A DNA stretch of 64,000 nt from the human T2T-CHM13v2.0 reference genome, Homo sapiens. The notes below the pieces were generated by a model. The model did no database searches. It was given only the letters and a program-made list of their open reading frames with translations, and was not told where the DNA came from. Position numbers and translations under genes: made by a program. Below, piece after piece: positions 12,820-25,788 of the stretch (position 1 is the stretch's first letter; each line of letters starts with the position of its first letter). The DNA lies in assembly GCF_009914755.1 (NCBI RefSeq), contig NC_060933.1. The stretch is one strand, 5' to 3'.

Positions 12820-14620
12820 TATTCATGCATTTGATCAATGAACAAATACATTGCATACCTATTCTATGTCAGGCATTATTCTAGCAGTACATAAAACAGG
12901 TTGAAACGCCTGTCTCTGTGGAGTGTGCATCCTAGTGAAGGAAATAAATAAGTACTGTATTTACGTAGTAGGTCATGCAGTGTTAGTGTTAGAGGAGAAA
13001 ATAAATTAGGAAAGGAACTAAAATGTGCATAGTGGGTTTGAATAAGGCGGTTAGGAAGGCCTAATTGAGAAGGATACATCTGAGTAAAGATGTAAATGGG
13101 TGAGAAGTGTGTCTCTCTGGGGGAGAAAAGGCTCCCTGCCGAGGAAAGAAAACTTGCAAAGGCCCAGAGGCTTGCAAAGGTCTGAGGCTTCGGAACTACT
13201 TGCTTCTAAAAGAACACTCCATGTTCCTCTCCCTTCCATGTACCTTGAGAGTGCCTCTAACTGCTGGCATCTAAACCAGAGCCCTCTAGCAGAGATTTGG
13301 GGAAATGTAGCTCCTAGGCAACCATGTCCTGGAGTACACGGGAAAACATAGAAAATACACACCCAGCATGGGTTGTAGCTGGAGATGGCTGTGAAGTCAA
13401 AAATTTGCTGTTGCTGTTGTTGTTTTTATTTTAAATGATAAACATTAAAGTGCACTGTTATGCTGATGTTAATGTCTCACTGCTGTGGGAAATTTTTATT
13501 ATGCAGGAGAAAGGAAAATTTTCTAGAGCAAAATGCTAGAAAGCATAGGATCTAGCAAACAAGAGGAAAGGTTTTTCTAGATAAGAATGGACAGGGAGCA
13601 TGTTGATTTCTGTGGTGGAAGTTTGCTGTGATTACTCCTTTCATTTCTTTCCCCCAGTGAAATAGGAAGCAAGGTGATTGGCTGAGAGAGAAGACAGAGA
13701 GGAAGTTTTGGAGGTGTAAAGACAGGAGTCATGAAATGATCATGTGGGACATGAGATTAATTTGGCCAGGAAACGTGAAGTGATGGCAGGAAACAGCGAG
13801 GACCCATTTGATACTATGAAATTAAAGTGAGGCCAGTAGCATACTGGAGGTTATTTTTCCTGCCACCAGCAGGTGCATGAATGCAGTGCAGAGTGGTGGA
13901 AAGTTCCCTGGTGAACTTCAGAGCATCCAGCAATGCTGGCTGTGACAGCACAGGCATTGGCCAGCCAGGACGGACTATGGCTGTACTACCAAGAACCAGC
14001 CAAAATGCCAGTCCTGGGAAAATGGGATTCATCCAGCTCAGGGCTCTTTCCAGAGACAGGCATGCAACAAAACAGGTGAGTTGCGTGAGTTAACGATGCA
14101 TGTAAAGGTGTGATCGTAATGGGTTATTCAACTGAGGCATGAAGGAGGCAGTGAACGGGAGAGTCCATTGAGGCTGGAGAATCATAACAGCAGACACACA
14201 GGTGCAAGTGAGCTGGGAAGATGAGAGGGGGGCGCTAGGAGAGCAGGGTGCTGGAAATGGCAACTGTGGCAGCATTGCTGGACAATTCCTAGTAACAACA
14301 TGAGTAATCATGATCATAGTATTACCCTGGCAGAGAGTGCTGAGGTGGAGTGGAGAATAGGAACATTGAAAGGAAGGAGGCCCAGAACTGGTGTGGAGGG
14401 AGGCAGTGTAATCTGAAAGCTCTGCTCTATGGCACTGAAATCAGCAAACATTAAGAAAGTAGTCGTGTTGTAAAGAATGACAGTGGGCCAGGAGATGCAC
14501 CTTTACAGATTGATGAGACTATTCTGAAGGGGAAGGGGAGAGGAGTCTTCAGAAAGAAGAGGTGTCGTGTGGTGGGACCTGATCTCAAGAGATTCTAATC
14601 TGTTGGGAGGTGTGCAGAAA
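12820..14620 (-). mobile_element. L2 LINE remnants (3' end and purine-rich internal part, fragmented)
   Basis: attcatgcatttgatcaatgaacaaatacattg...tatgtcaggcattattctag is an antisense L2 3' end, followed by typical GA-rich L2 antisense sequence. Confidence 0.55.
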
Positions 14621-15144
14621 ACATCCCATAAGCGAAAGTGCAGAGCACAACCTTGGATCCTATCACCATACTGACCAGGTCTCCACAGAATCACTTTGAT
14701 ATGTGAATGTCCTTAATTCTCAGCAGATATACAATAATTTCTGTATGTCAAGCCTGGGATTAATGGGGTATTAAAATGGAACTGTCTTGGCAAAATCTGT
14801 CTTCATTCCAAACAGACACAGTGATGGCAGATCCAGCTGCCCCATCAGGGTGGGGATTGCCTGCAGGTCAAGCCTGTAGAATATCACTCTCGGGGCAGCT
14901 CCTCTTACAGAGTAATGAATTGTACTCAAAGGTCAATTCTACAGTTCCAGAGGTTTTTTCATACTCTTGATCATGGGCTTCTTTTCTTTTTTTCTTTTTT
15001 TTTTTTTTTTTTTTTTTTACCAAAGGCAGATACTACAGACAGTATGAACAATGAAATCTGAAATGTCTCATTTTTGACATTTCATAGACTTTGATTAATC
15101 AACAGAATTGACTACAGTGTCCTTATTGGTACTAGAATGTGCCA

Positions 15145-16200
15145 TTCATTCATACAAAATATATTTATCAATTCATTTATTTGTTCATTCAAAATATACT
15201 TACAGAGTCCCTACTCTGCTAGCCATACTTTCAGGGGCTAGAGTTACAGAAGTAAACAAGACGATATGCCTGGTTTTCTGGGGCTTCTGTTACAGTGGGG
15301 AAGAAATGACAACAAGATAATCAGTCATGTAGCTTCAGAGAATAATCATGGAGATGAAGAAAGTAAAGCAGGTAGGAAGACAAGAGCAACGGTGATGCTC
15401 TTTCTGAAGACGGGTTGCAGAAGGCCTCCCCTTGCAAAGAGCTTGGGGAAAAGAAGTCCAGACAGGGGCATGAGGATTCTGGACCTGTCGCCACATGGCC
15501 AGTGAGGGCAGAGCTGAGCACAGGACGGACAACCGGGCAGCAATGAGATCTGACCACACGGGACAAATCATAGAGGGTCTACCTCACAACAAGGAATTCA
15601 GAGTTTAACTGTGATATGAGAAACCACTGGTGTGTCTGGAGTATAAATCATATATTTGGAAGCTCACTCTGCCTGCTGCACAGAGAAACACCAAAGGGGA
15701 CCAAAAGGAGACTTGAGGAGACAGGTGATAGGCTGGGTGGCTGAGACCTGAGTGTGGCCCAGATCGACAAGAGGTAGCTGTATTCTGGAACTGTTTCCAA
15801 GGTAGAGGAGAATCAGGAGCAATTTCTATTTTGGAGGCGAGCAACCTTTCGAAGGATGATGCCATTCCCGGACTGGGAGGGCAGGGTGCAGACCATGAAT
15901 GCTGAGTCTGGTTGGGGCTTGTGCGGTTTCTGATGTTCTCGAATTACCCGAGTGGAGCTGAGGGTGACCAGAGGATATGAGTTTGAGGCCTGCACTCAGA
16001 AGCCATCAGCTGTAGAGGGAACAGAAGCCATGGTCCTGGGTGAGCTTTCCAGGAGTAAGTGCTTATGCAGTGCAAGAGACCAGTGAGTGCTGGACCCTGG
16101 GGATACAGACATTCCAATGTCATTACCACCAACCCAAGAAGCAGCAGTGAAGAGGTCTGGCCCTGCCCTTTGCCATGAGAACAACATGCCCAGAGCCAGG
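15145..16200 (-). mobile_element. L2 LINE
   Basis: cattcattcatacaaaatatatt...ttcattcaaaatatacttacagagtccctactctgc, then L2 antisense body. Confidence 0.65.
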
Positions 16201-16206
16201 TTTTTG

Positions 16207-17463
16207 CCAGGTTAGTGGAAAAGTAATCGCAGTTTCGGGCCATGAATTTTAAATCATTATAACTAGGCTCAAACAAATCCTTATTAATCAGAAACAGGAC
16301 CCATTACAATCAACACATTTTTGCCAACAAGAAATAAGTTTGTTTATTCCTGTACCATACAAATCATGCTTTGGAATTCAAAGAACTCTTGGAAAGCATT
16401 TTCTGCATCCTGCTGGTTGTGGAAGCATTTTCCCTGCAAAAAGTTGTTAAGATGCTTGAAGAAGTGGTAATTCAGTTGTCAAGAGGTCAGGTAAACATAG
16501 TGGATGAGGCAAAACTTCGTGGCCCAATTTGTTCAACTTTTGAAGGGTTGGTTGTGAAATGTGCGGTCAGGCATTGTCATGGAGAATTGGGCTCTTTCTG
16601 TTGACCAATGCCAGCTGCAGATGTTGCAGTTTTTGGTGCATCTCATCGATTTGCTGAGCAGACTTCCCAGATTTAATGGTTTCACCAGGATTCAGAAAGC
16701 TGTAGTGGATCAGACTGGCAGCCGACCACCAAACAATGACCATGACGTTTTTTTGGTGCAAGTTTGACTTTGGGAAGTGCCTTGGAGCTTCTTCTTGGTC
16801 CAACCACAGAGCTGGTCATTGCTGGTCATTGTGTAAAATCCATTTTTTGTTGCACGTCACAATCCAACCAAAAAATGGTTCATTGTTGCATAGAATAAGG
16901 GGAGACAACACTTTAAAACAATGATTTTTTAAATTTTTGCTTATCAAGCTTTGTCACTTCCAATTTGCTGCTAATGCTGAACAACTGTAGAATGGTTGAT
17001 GTTGAGTTCTTCGGCAACTTCTCATGTAGCTGTAGGAGGATCAGCTTTGATGGTTGCTCTCAACTGGCCGTTGTCAACTGCCAATGGCCAGCCACTATGC
17101 TCCTCAGCTTCAAGGTTCTCGTCTCCTTTGCAAAACTTTTTGAACCACCACTGCACTGTACATTCATTAGTAGTTCCTGAGCCAAATGCATTGTTGACGT
17201 TGCAAGTTGTCTCTGCTGCTTTATGATCCATTTTGAACTCAAAAAAGAAAATCACTCGAATTGGCTTTTTGTCTAACATCATTTCCATAGTCTAAAATAA
17301 ACATAAAATAAACAGCGAAGAATAAGTCATTAGCAAAAAAAAAAGTGAGAACTGCACAATAAAATGATGTATAACATAACCACATTTATTTAAGAATGTA
17401 TTCCAGTATCAAATGGCAAATTCCAACAACGCGGAAACCACAATTACTTTTGCACCAACTTAA
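16207..17463 (-). mobile_element. HSMAR1 mariner DNA transposon, near full length, inactive
   Basis: Both TIRs present (aggttagtggaaaagtaatcgc at 16209; caattacttttgcaccaacttaa ending 17463, followed by TA). ORFs 17022-17288 and 16567-16803 translate to Hsmar1 transposase (MEMMLDKK.IR.IF.FEFKM; APRHFPK.NLHQK.VMV.VWWSAA; LHDNA). Confidence 0.98.
16285..17288 (-). pseudogene. Hsmar1 transposase pseudogene
   Basis: Frameshifts and stops; first catalytic D changed (TCDEKW to TCNKKW), HDNA followed by a stop, WVPHEL deleted. Confidence 0.95.
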
Positions 17464-19336
17464 TATCGCTAAAGTTCCATTCTGCAGGGCTCCTGGTCCT
17501 CCTTACAATTACTCCAAGCCAACTTGTCCGCAAATAACTTCCATTAACCTTTATATCATTTCCCACAAGGGTTTGCCAAAGTGGAGGTAAAAGTTTTTGT
17601 TTTTTAATTTAAGCAAAGTGAAACAGGGATTTGAGGAATGGCAAATTATAATCTTTTCAAGTTTGGAACTCCAAAAGGGAAAATCCAAGATGTTTTGAGA
17701 GATGAAGTAGGAAGTTCTGGGACCCAAAAAACTTCAGGCTAAAACTGTGTATTGGGTAAAATTGTATCTCAGCAGACTAGCCAGTATGTTTTTACTAGCA
17801 TTTTACTGACTACACACCAAGGAAGCCCTGTTCTCCGTTTCACACATTTGATATTGACAAAATACCCTGTGCTAAGCTAGCTACCTTACCTCTCCCACTT
17901 TACAGACAAGGAAACAGGCACAGAGAGCTCCCACAGCTTACCCCCGTTGACCTGACTAAATGGAGGGGTAGAGGGGTGGAGAGTTGGCTGTGTGCAGAGC
18001 CCCCACCCCCGCTTAGCTGACCAGGTGTTTGTGCCTGCTGAAGGAAGGGAGATGTGGCCTGAGCGCTCCTTCCACACTAAAACACTACACGTACACGATA
18101 CCCACCTAGCAGGACCACAAGTCATTCCAACTTACAACAATTTAGAAGACAGAGAACGTACATTCAACCCTGACACATGTTTGGGAGGTAGGGTGGGGCT
18201 CACCTGGGCTACAAACACAGTGACATTCTCAGCTCAAAAAAGAAAGTGGGTGGTGTCCCGGAACCTTGACCTGGTTGGCATTTTTGCCTTCTAAACAAAA
18301 CAGTGAGTATGAATTCTTGAGAGGACTGAGGCACCTAGAGGAGGTTTGTGTTTGCTGTCAGCACAGTCATTGCTCAAACCTACAGAGGCCTCCTCTCCTC
18401 CTTGGAGGCATTCAGCTAATGCCCTTGGGCCCAGTTCTTATCATCCACATGGACACCCTGCCAGCCCCACCAGGCAGGAACTGCACCACCCCCAGCACCT
18501 GTGAGCAGCCTCAGGGAGACCTGAGAGTGGACATGCCAAGCAGGTGTCCTACTAGACAAGGGAGGAGGCAGTCCCCACACCAGCCTGGGGAAAGGCAAGG
18601 GCTGACAGTAACAGAGGCAAGTCAGGGGGTCAAGGGCTGGGAATGTATTACACAGCACAAAGGACCCAGATCTTCAATCAGCAATGAAACTCCCAATCAC
18701 CTGCATGATAGCTCAGTGTGTAAAAGGCCCATTTCCTCAACAACAGAGACAGCCTTTACATCAGGAACATCAGTGGGCCTCAAGTGCACATCTCTTGTCA
18801 GTGTCACAGTATGGGTCTCTTGAAAATACCTAGTTCCAATTCTGCTCGGCAAGGAGGGAAATGCTAGGAGCTGGGAAGGAACCCAAGGTCAGTATGACCT
18901 TATTCTTCCACGAGAATAACTTTCACTGGAATACTTTCTAAACAAATTGCCCTAGATATAGCAAAGGAAATACAACTATATGGGGTTTTCCTAGTGAAAT
19001 TTGCTGAAACCAATCTATTCTTCATATTAAAGTAAGGTTTCCCAAAATGTTTCAGATGTTACACTGACAAATATTATACCCTAAGAACTGTATATCTATT
19101 TTAGAGCATATTATAAACAATAGAACTGGTATAGCAAACCTACGCCTTCAGTAGTGATATAAAATTTTCTTTATAAGATTATAGAGGAAGAATCTATTTC
19201 AGGTAAAATGTTAGACTGAGGATAAAGTTGGTATGCTGGCATGGCAAACGTTGGACTCCGTAGCTGCCATAAAGTCCAAAAGAAGAATCTTTCTATGTCA
19301 GCTCCAGAGCACTCCCTTTTACAAGAGAGACATCTG

Positions 19337-19638
<302 letters not shown>

Positions 19639-19755
19639 CTATGTATAGTTTATGGAATTGGAACAAATTATAGTTAATCAATACAGTGTTTATTAAGTGT
19701 TCTTTCAGAGGCTGGAGAAAAACTCATGGCTAAGGACTAGTTGGAAACATATTAA

Positions 19756-20141
<386 letters not shown>

Positions 20142-20620
20142 TCCCATCATGTCTTTAAACCCATGTGGGGCAGGCTTCTCTCCCTACTCCATCACTGAGA
20201 AATGAGACTGTGGGTCAATCCACCCTTACCCTTGCAGAAACAATGGGGACCTCTGGGGCCCAAGGAGGGTCCCAGGAGGGAACTCTGGGTCTGTTGAGTC
20301 CACACCCTGCTGTGAGGAGGAGCAGGACCATGAGTCAGGTCGGCCGGCAACTGACACAGGGGCTCAGAGCTTTCTAGAATGTGACAGAGCAAAGCCCCAC
20401 ATAAACACAGGGCCAGGTGATGTGCAGAAATTTGAAATGTTTTCTGAGCACAAAAGATCTCCAATTTGTCCACATTCCATAAAACTCAAAAATGTGAAAA
20501 CAGTGATTGGATGTTTGGAGGTGCAAACAGCTGAACCCAGGTATACTGGATAAAAAGATAGAACAGCGCCATCATAGCTGAGGGAATGATGGCTGAAACC
20601 CTGTTCCTGCATCAGGCACC

Positions 20621-21100
20621 TGTAGTAGGCAGGATTCTAAGGTGGACCTCAAGGCCCTCAACCCTGGTGTGCTTGCCTGTGAAATCTCCTCCCCTAAGCA
20701 CAGGTCCCCTGGGGACTTGACAGCACATCATTCCTGTGACCACGGTGGGCAACAGGGAGACGGTCCTGGCTGGGTTTGATCCCATTATGTGAGGTCTTTA
20801 AATGCACAGAATTTTCCCCAGCTGACTGCACAGGAGAAAGCCAGACAGAGGCATTCCTGCTGGGCTGGGTAAAGGAGGAAGAAGCATGTTGTAAATTACC
20901 CATGGGGTGGCTCTAGGAGCGGAGAGTGCCCCCTAGGCCACAGCTATCAAGGGAGCAGAGATCTGCCACCTCACAATTTCAGCCTGTGAAACACTAAGCA
21001 AAGGGCCCATGTGACCTGGATTCTCGGTGGAGTTGTGAAATGATGCATTTGTGTTGTTTTATGCCACTGAGCTTGTGGCATTTTGCAACCACAGTAACCA
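20621..21100 (+). mobile_element. MaLR solo LTR, MLT1E-like
   Basis: tgtagtaggcaggattctaaggtgg...atttgtgttgttttatgccactgagcttgtgg. Confidence 0.75.
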
Positions 21101-22297
21101 TGTCCTTTCCTCAGATGTCCTTTCTTCCATGTTCACCCGTGAAATGGGGCCCATGTGTGCGCCTGAGTACCACCCAAAACACACAAGAGGAGAGGTGGCA
21201 GACATTACCCTAAGGAAGTTTTAAGGAGGGGGACTCCACTCTTTGCCTTTAAGGCATGTCTACAATCATGAGAAGATCTGCTGGTCATTTTCATGGACCC
21301 ACAAAATTGACTTTGGCAAACACCTCTGTGCCTTGCCCATCTACAAGTAGGGCAATGATGACTTTCTCTGTCTGGATCCTGCTGAGTCACATAGTTTTTC
21401 TAAGAGCCAAATTTTGAAACAAGAGCACACTTGGCCCTGGAGTGTTTCTGCCGACAGCATGACCATGCGGCCCCAAGCACCAGCTTTGCAGGTTCTGGGC
21501 ATGATGGTCCCAGCAGGAGAGCTGGGAGCTGCCCCACGTAGACAGCTGGCTGGAAGCCAGGTCGTCTGGGTTGTCGTCGCTGACACAGCACAATACAAAG
21601 CAGGTCATGTGTTTGTTTAAAGGGGCTGCTTTCTCTCCTTTCACACGGACCCCGTGAACATGGGCACTTTCTCAGGACGCACCCTTCCCTGGCCTTGGGT
21701 GTCTGGGTGGGCCATCCCCTAGGCTGCACACTCCCAGAGGGCTTGAGCTTGCACACTGTTCTTCCTTTCCATCCTTGCTGCTACTTCATGGACTTCTTAA
21801 ACTATTGTCCCTTGCCCATCATCCTACAGATTTGGGGATTTGCTTTACCTTGGATGAAATTGTTGTTTAAATTTTTCTCTGCAACCTCTGTCACAAGCCA
21901 CTCATGACTGATTCAAGTGTGAAAAAGCCAGGGAAAAAACAGATTTTGTACCTCACTCTATCCATGCGCATCACACAATGGGGTGCTGCCTCTCTGGAAC
22001 CCCGTTTCAGAAAGCAAATCCCCTATCTGTCCCCAACTCTCTCAGTGAGGCTGCTGTCTCTCCTGCTCCTCACAGTCCCAGAATAGACCCACTACCACTT
22101 TCCCCAGTTGGTGCTTAATTACTACCGAATCACCAGGGGAGGGTAGAAAAGGTGACCAGAAGGAGGTGAAGAGGAGCCTGGGGTCCCAGCGGCCACGCTT
22201 TTCCCACATGGAACTCCTGGCATGCCTTCTGCATACACAGCCTTATCCAGACACAATGCACAAGAACCAGCCTGCATTCTCCACCTGCGTCAGCTGT

Positions 22298-22667
22298 TGT
22301 CTCCGTCAATTCAGGCTGCTGTGACAAAATGCCATAACCTGGGTAGGTGGCTTATAAACAACAGAAGTTTATTTCTCACAGTTTTGGAGGCTGAAAGTTC
22401 AAGATCAAAATGCCAGCAGATCCAGTGTCAGGGAAGGGCCCACTTCCTGGCTCACAGACAGACATCTTCTTGTTGTGTCCCCTCATAGCAGAAAAGGTGA
22501 GCAGTGTCTCTTGGGCCTCTTGTATAAGGGCACAAATCCCATTCATGAGGGTTCTACCTTGGTGACCCAATCACCTTCCAAAGGCCCCACCTTCTCATAC
22601 CCTCACCTTAGGGGTTAGGATTTCAACCTGTGAATTTTGGATTGACACAAACATTTAGATCATAGCA
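22298..22667 (-). mobile_element. MaLR solo LTR, MLT1A-like
   Basis: Complete LTR with 5-bp TSD gctgt/gctat. Confidence 0.9.
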
Positions 22668-22921
22668 GCTATCATTTCTTTCTCAGAGCAGCTGCCCTAA
22701 GCAGCTCTGAGAGCAGGGCCCAGCTGCTGATGCTGGAAGGTGCTCTCCATCTTGCCCTCTTACTCAAAGATGTCTTGTCTCCCCTTCATTGGTTAGTGTC
22801 CCTGGGTATTAACCATTTGTTTTCTTCTATCCTCAGAGGCACTGGTACTTGCATCGTAGAGAGAAACAGGCCCTCTGTTCTAGAATGGCACAGCCACGTG
22901 GTGAAACCCTCCTTTCCTGGG

Positions 22922-23283
22922 TGATATGGTTTGGCTGTGTCCCCACCCAAATCTCATCTTGAATTGTAGCTCCCATAACCCCCACTTGTCATGGGAGGGA
23001 CGTGGTGGGAGATAATTGAATCATGGGAGTGGTTTTTCCCATGCTGTTCTCGTGATAGTGAATAAGTCTTATGCAATCCGATGGTTTTATAAAGGGCAGT
23101 TCCCCTGCACATGCTCTCTTGCCTGCCTCCATGTAAGACATGCCTTTCTCCTCTTTTGCCTTCCACCATGATTGTGAGGCCTCCCCAGCCATGTGAACTG
23201 TGGATCCATTAAATCTCTTTTTCTTTATACATTACCCAGTCTTGAATATGTCTTTATTAGCAGTTTGAAAACAAACCAGTATA
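22922..23283 (+). mobile_element. THE1 solo LTR (THE1B/C-like)
   Basis: Starts tgatatggtttggctgtgtccccacccaaatctcatcttgaattgtagctccc; perfect 5-bp TSD ctggg. Confidence 0.96.
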
Positions 23284-23618
23284 CTGGGCTTGCCCCTTCC
23301 CAATAGTGCCTCTGTAGGGAAAGCTGGGGTATCTGTGTCTTTTTAAGGTTCTTTCAAAGAGGCCACTGAGGGTGTTTCTCCAATTCCATTTAGGAAACCA
23401 TCGCACTCATTTCAGTTGATCACAGCTATTCAGGTTTTCATATACCTATAAATATTAACACATCTCTTTTACCTATTTTCATGAATCACCAGAATGAGCA
23501 CAGAAGAGGAGGAACCACATAAGTATGGTAACCGAGAGGGAACTGACTTTCTTTGAAGAAAGACACCAATTTTCCAATTCTAGCTGGTCCAAGCAGCCAA
23601 ATAGCAAATAAAGGAAAT

Positions 23619-23621
<3 letters not shown>

Positions 23622-23650
<29 letters not shown>
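23622..23650 (+). repeat. Poly(A) tract (29 nt)
   Basis: Direct reading; a second A run lies at ~23755-23771. Confidence 0.95.
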
Positions 23651-23653
<3 letters not shown>

Positions 23654-24114
23654 ATAACTAGGAGCAGTTGCAGACAAAAGTTTGATGTCTTATCATTTCT
23701 CTCAGCTACATTCACACTCAGAGACAACTGCTTTGTCCAACGTAGTCATTGCAGAAAAAAAAAAAAAAAAAGCAATAAAGGTTTTCCATATTGGCTACAA
23801 TGGCTACAATCTGTAGACTCTGGTTAGCAAATTCATGACCAGAGTTCCATCTCATTTTTTTTGTCATTTAGAAATTGGTATTTTGTTAAACGAAATCTCC
23901 GTATTTTACTTAAACCTTGCTTGTCTAATTTTCACAAGTATCTAAAAATGCATATTGCTGTTCTTGGCAGAGCCCAATTCCATCTTTATTTATCTTAAGA
24001 GTAACAATTCTCCAGACACAAAATGTTTTGTTCTTTAAAAAACAACCCAGATAACACTGACTGGGTGCTTAGGAGTGGGGCGGGTTTTCTACTGAGGGCT
24101 TCAAAATCATGACT

Positions 24115-24235
24115 CATAATAATCCTAGGATAGGCAAAAGTGTAATTACCACATTACAGATAAGGAAACTGAGGCTCAGGAAGGGGAAGTGGTGTGCTTA
24201 AGGCTCTCATGGCAGAACTGCAGGCTTTAGAGAGC
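24115..24235 (-). mobile_element. MIR fragment
   Basis: cattacagataaggaaactgaggctcagg. Confidence 0.75.
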
Positions 24236-25290
24236 CGCTGCCCAAGGGTGGCAACACACCGCCGCTGTCAGCTTACCGCCTAGCTCCCAGACTGAGGCCG
24301 TCACCAGGAGCCACCTCCTTCACACGCCACTGCCCCTGGTGGTGTGTAAACAGTCGGCCACTTTCACACCCTCATGCACACACTCAGCAAAGATTGCTCT
24401 TCAAACTTAGGCTCTCCCTTCCTGTTTTGTGCGCCTGCTTCTAATTACACAGTTGTCTCCCTAGTGAGCTAGCTCTGCAGGAAGAGATGAAAAGATTGGT
24501 GTTCGGACCCTCCAGAAAAGACTAGACGTAAGATGCAGCTGGAAGTATTGGGCGGACAGGAGCCTGGCACAAGCCATCATCTCCCAGGGGACGGAACGAC
24601 CCCTTCATCTCCCTTTCCCAGACACATCCGGTCTCCCGTCCCCACGGCCTCCGCCCCCCAACCCGCCTTCTGTAGGCTGCGTGGAGGGTGAGTCAGTCGG
24701 GGGAAGGGAAGAAGAGACAGGTTTAGAAAACGCTGGCGGAGGCTGGATTGACAGGGAGAGGTCCCGAGCCTGACCTTCTTGAGCTGGGTGTGACCTTGGT
24801 CTAAGGGAGAGCAACAAAATCCAGCCCGCCCCCTTTCTGCTCACACTCCCCCAAGGGGTCCTCCTGGCAGGGCCGTGGTGCCTGGGAGAAAAGAACCCCA
24901 CCGGTTGCATCCTCAGCACCAGCAGGCCTGGGGCTTTCCTAGAACGCTACTTTCCTTTTCACCCCAGCCTGTTTTTGATGCTGCGGTGCTCAGGACGGGA
25001 CCTACGGACTGCCTGGGAGACCCACGGACTGTGCTGGCCCCTTTCCCCGCATGCAAGACCCTAAGTAGAGATGCAGGTGGGGAAGTGATGCCTCCGTTCT
25101 TGTGAAAATGTTTTCACACGCTGAAAAGTTGGAAGACAACAAACACTGCGACATGTCACCTGGATCCAGCGCTTCGTAGCATGTTGTGATTTCTCTGCCT
25201 CCGCCCGCTTTCTCTCGTGGAACCGGTTGGAAGCTAGTTACAGACGTCAAAACAACTCACCCTTGCATTCCTCAGCAGGCGCCTCCTAAG
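24230..25290. promoter_or_regulatory. Candidate CpG-enriched enhancer or weak promoter
   Basis: About 40 CpGs in ~1.05 kb by hand count, GC boxes, AP-1 TGAGTCA 24689-24695, forkhead TGTAAACA 24345-24352. Confidence 0.4.
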
Positions 25291-25307
25291 AATAAAGATG
25301 TAACTAC

Positions 25308-25788
25308 TGTATGAGGGCTCTCCAGAGAAACAGACCGATAGGATGCATGTGTATGTCTGTATTTAGAGAGAGAGAGATTTCCTTTTAAGGAATGAGTTCC
25401 TGTGATTGTGGAGCCTGGAAGGAGGGCCTGCCAGGGGGCCTAGTTGGTTCCAGCAGGCTGGAAATGTAAGCGTGTTGATTTTGCCTTCTTAAACTTGATC
25501 TCTGCAGGGAAAGCTGGCAGACTGAAAACTCAGGCAGGGTTCCTGTGTTACATCCTTAAGGTGGAATTCCTTCTCCTTTGGGAAACCTCAGTCTTTGCTT
25601 GGAAGGCCTTCAACTGATTGGATAAGGCCCACCCTCATTAGGGAAGGTCAACTTCTTTACTCACAGTCTCTGCTTTAAATGTTAATCACATCTAGAAAAC
25701 ACCTTCACTGCAACATGTAGGCTGGTGCTGATCAAACAGCTGAGCATACCATAGCCTAGCCAAGGTGACACACACATTAACCATCACA
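25308..25788 (-). mobile_element. ERVL LTR, MLT2C/D-like
   Basis: tgtatgagggctctccagagaaacagaccgatagga ... cctagccaaggtgacacacacattaaccatcaca. Confidence 0.88.

Noticed and set aside
14218-14240. CTCF-like motif (gaggggggcgcta); similar partial matches at ~20925 and ~24330
   Set aside because: The 5' CCAC/CCGC half is missing or the spacing is off by one, so sequence alone does not support the call.
16811-16830. Apparent 10-bp tandem duplication gctggtcatt x2 in HSMAR1
   Set aside because: The length matches the recalled consensus. The identity arises from substitutions, mostly CpG decay, in an already repetitive stretch.
18266-18823. 185-aa ORF, the longest non-transposon ORF
   Set aside because: Non-ATG start, no recognisable domain and a composition typical of random GC-moderate DNA.
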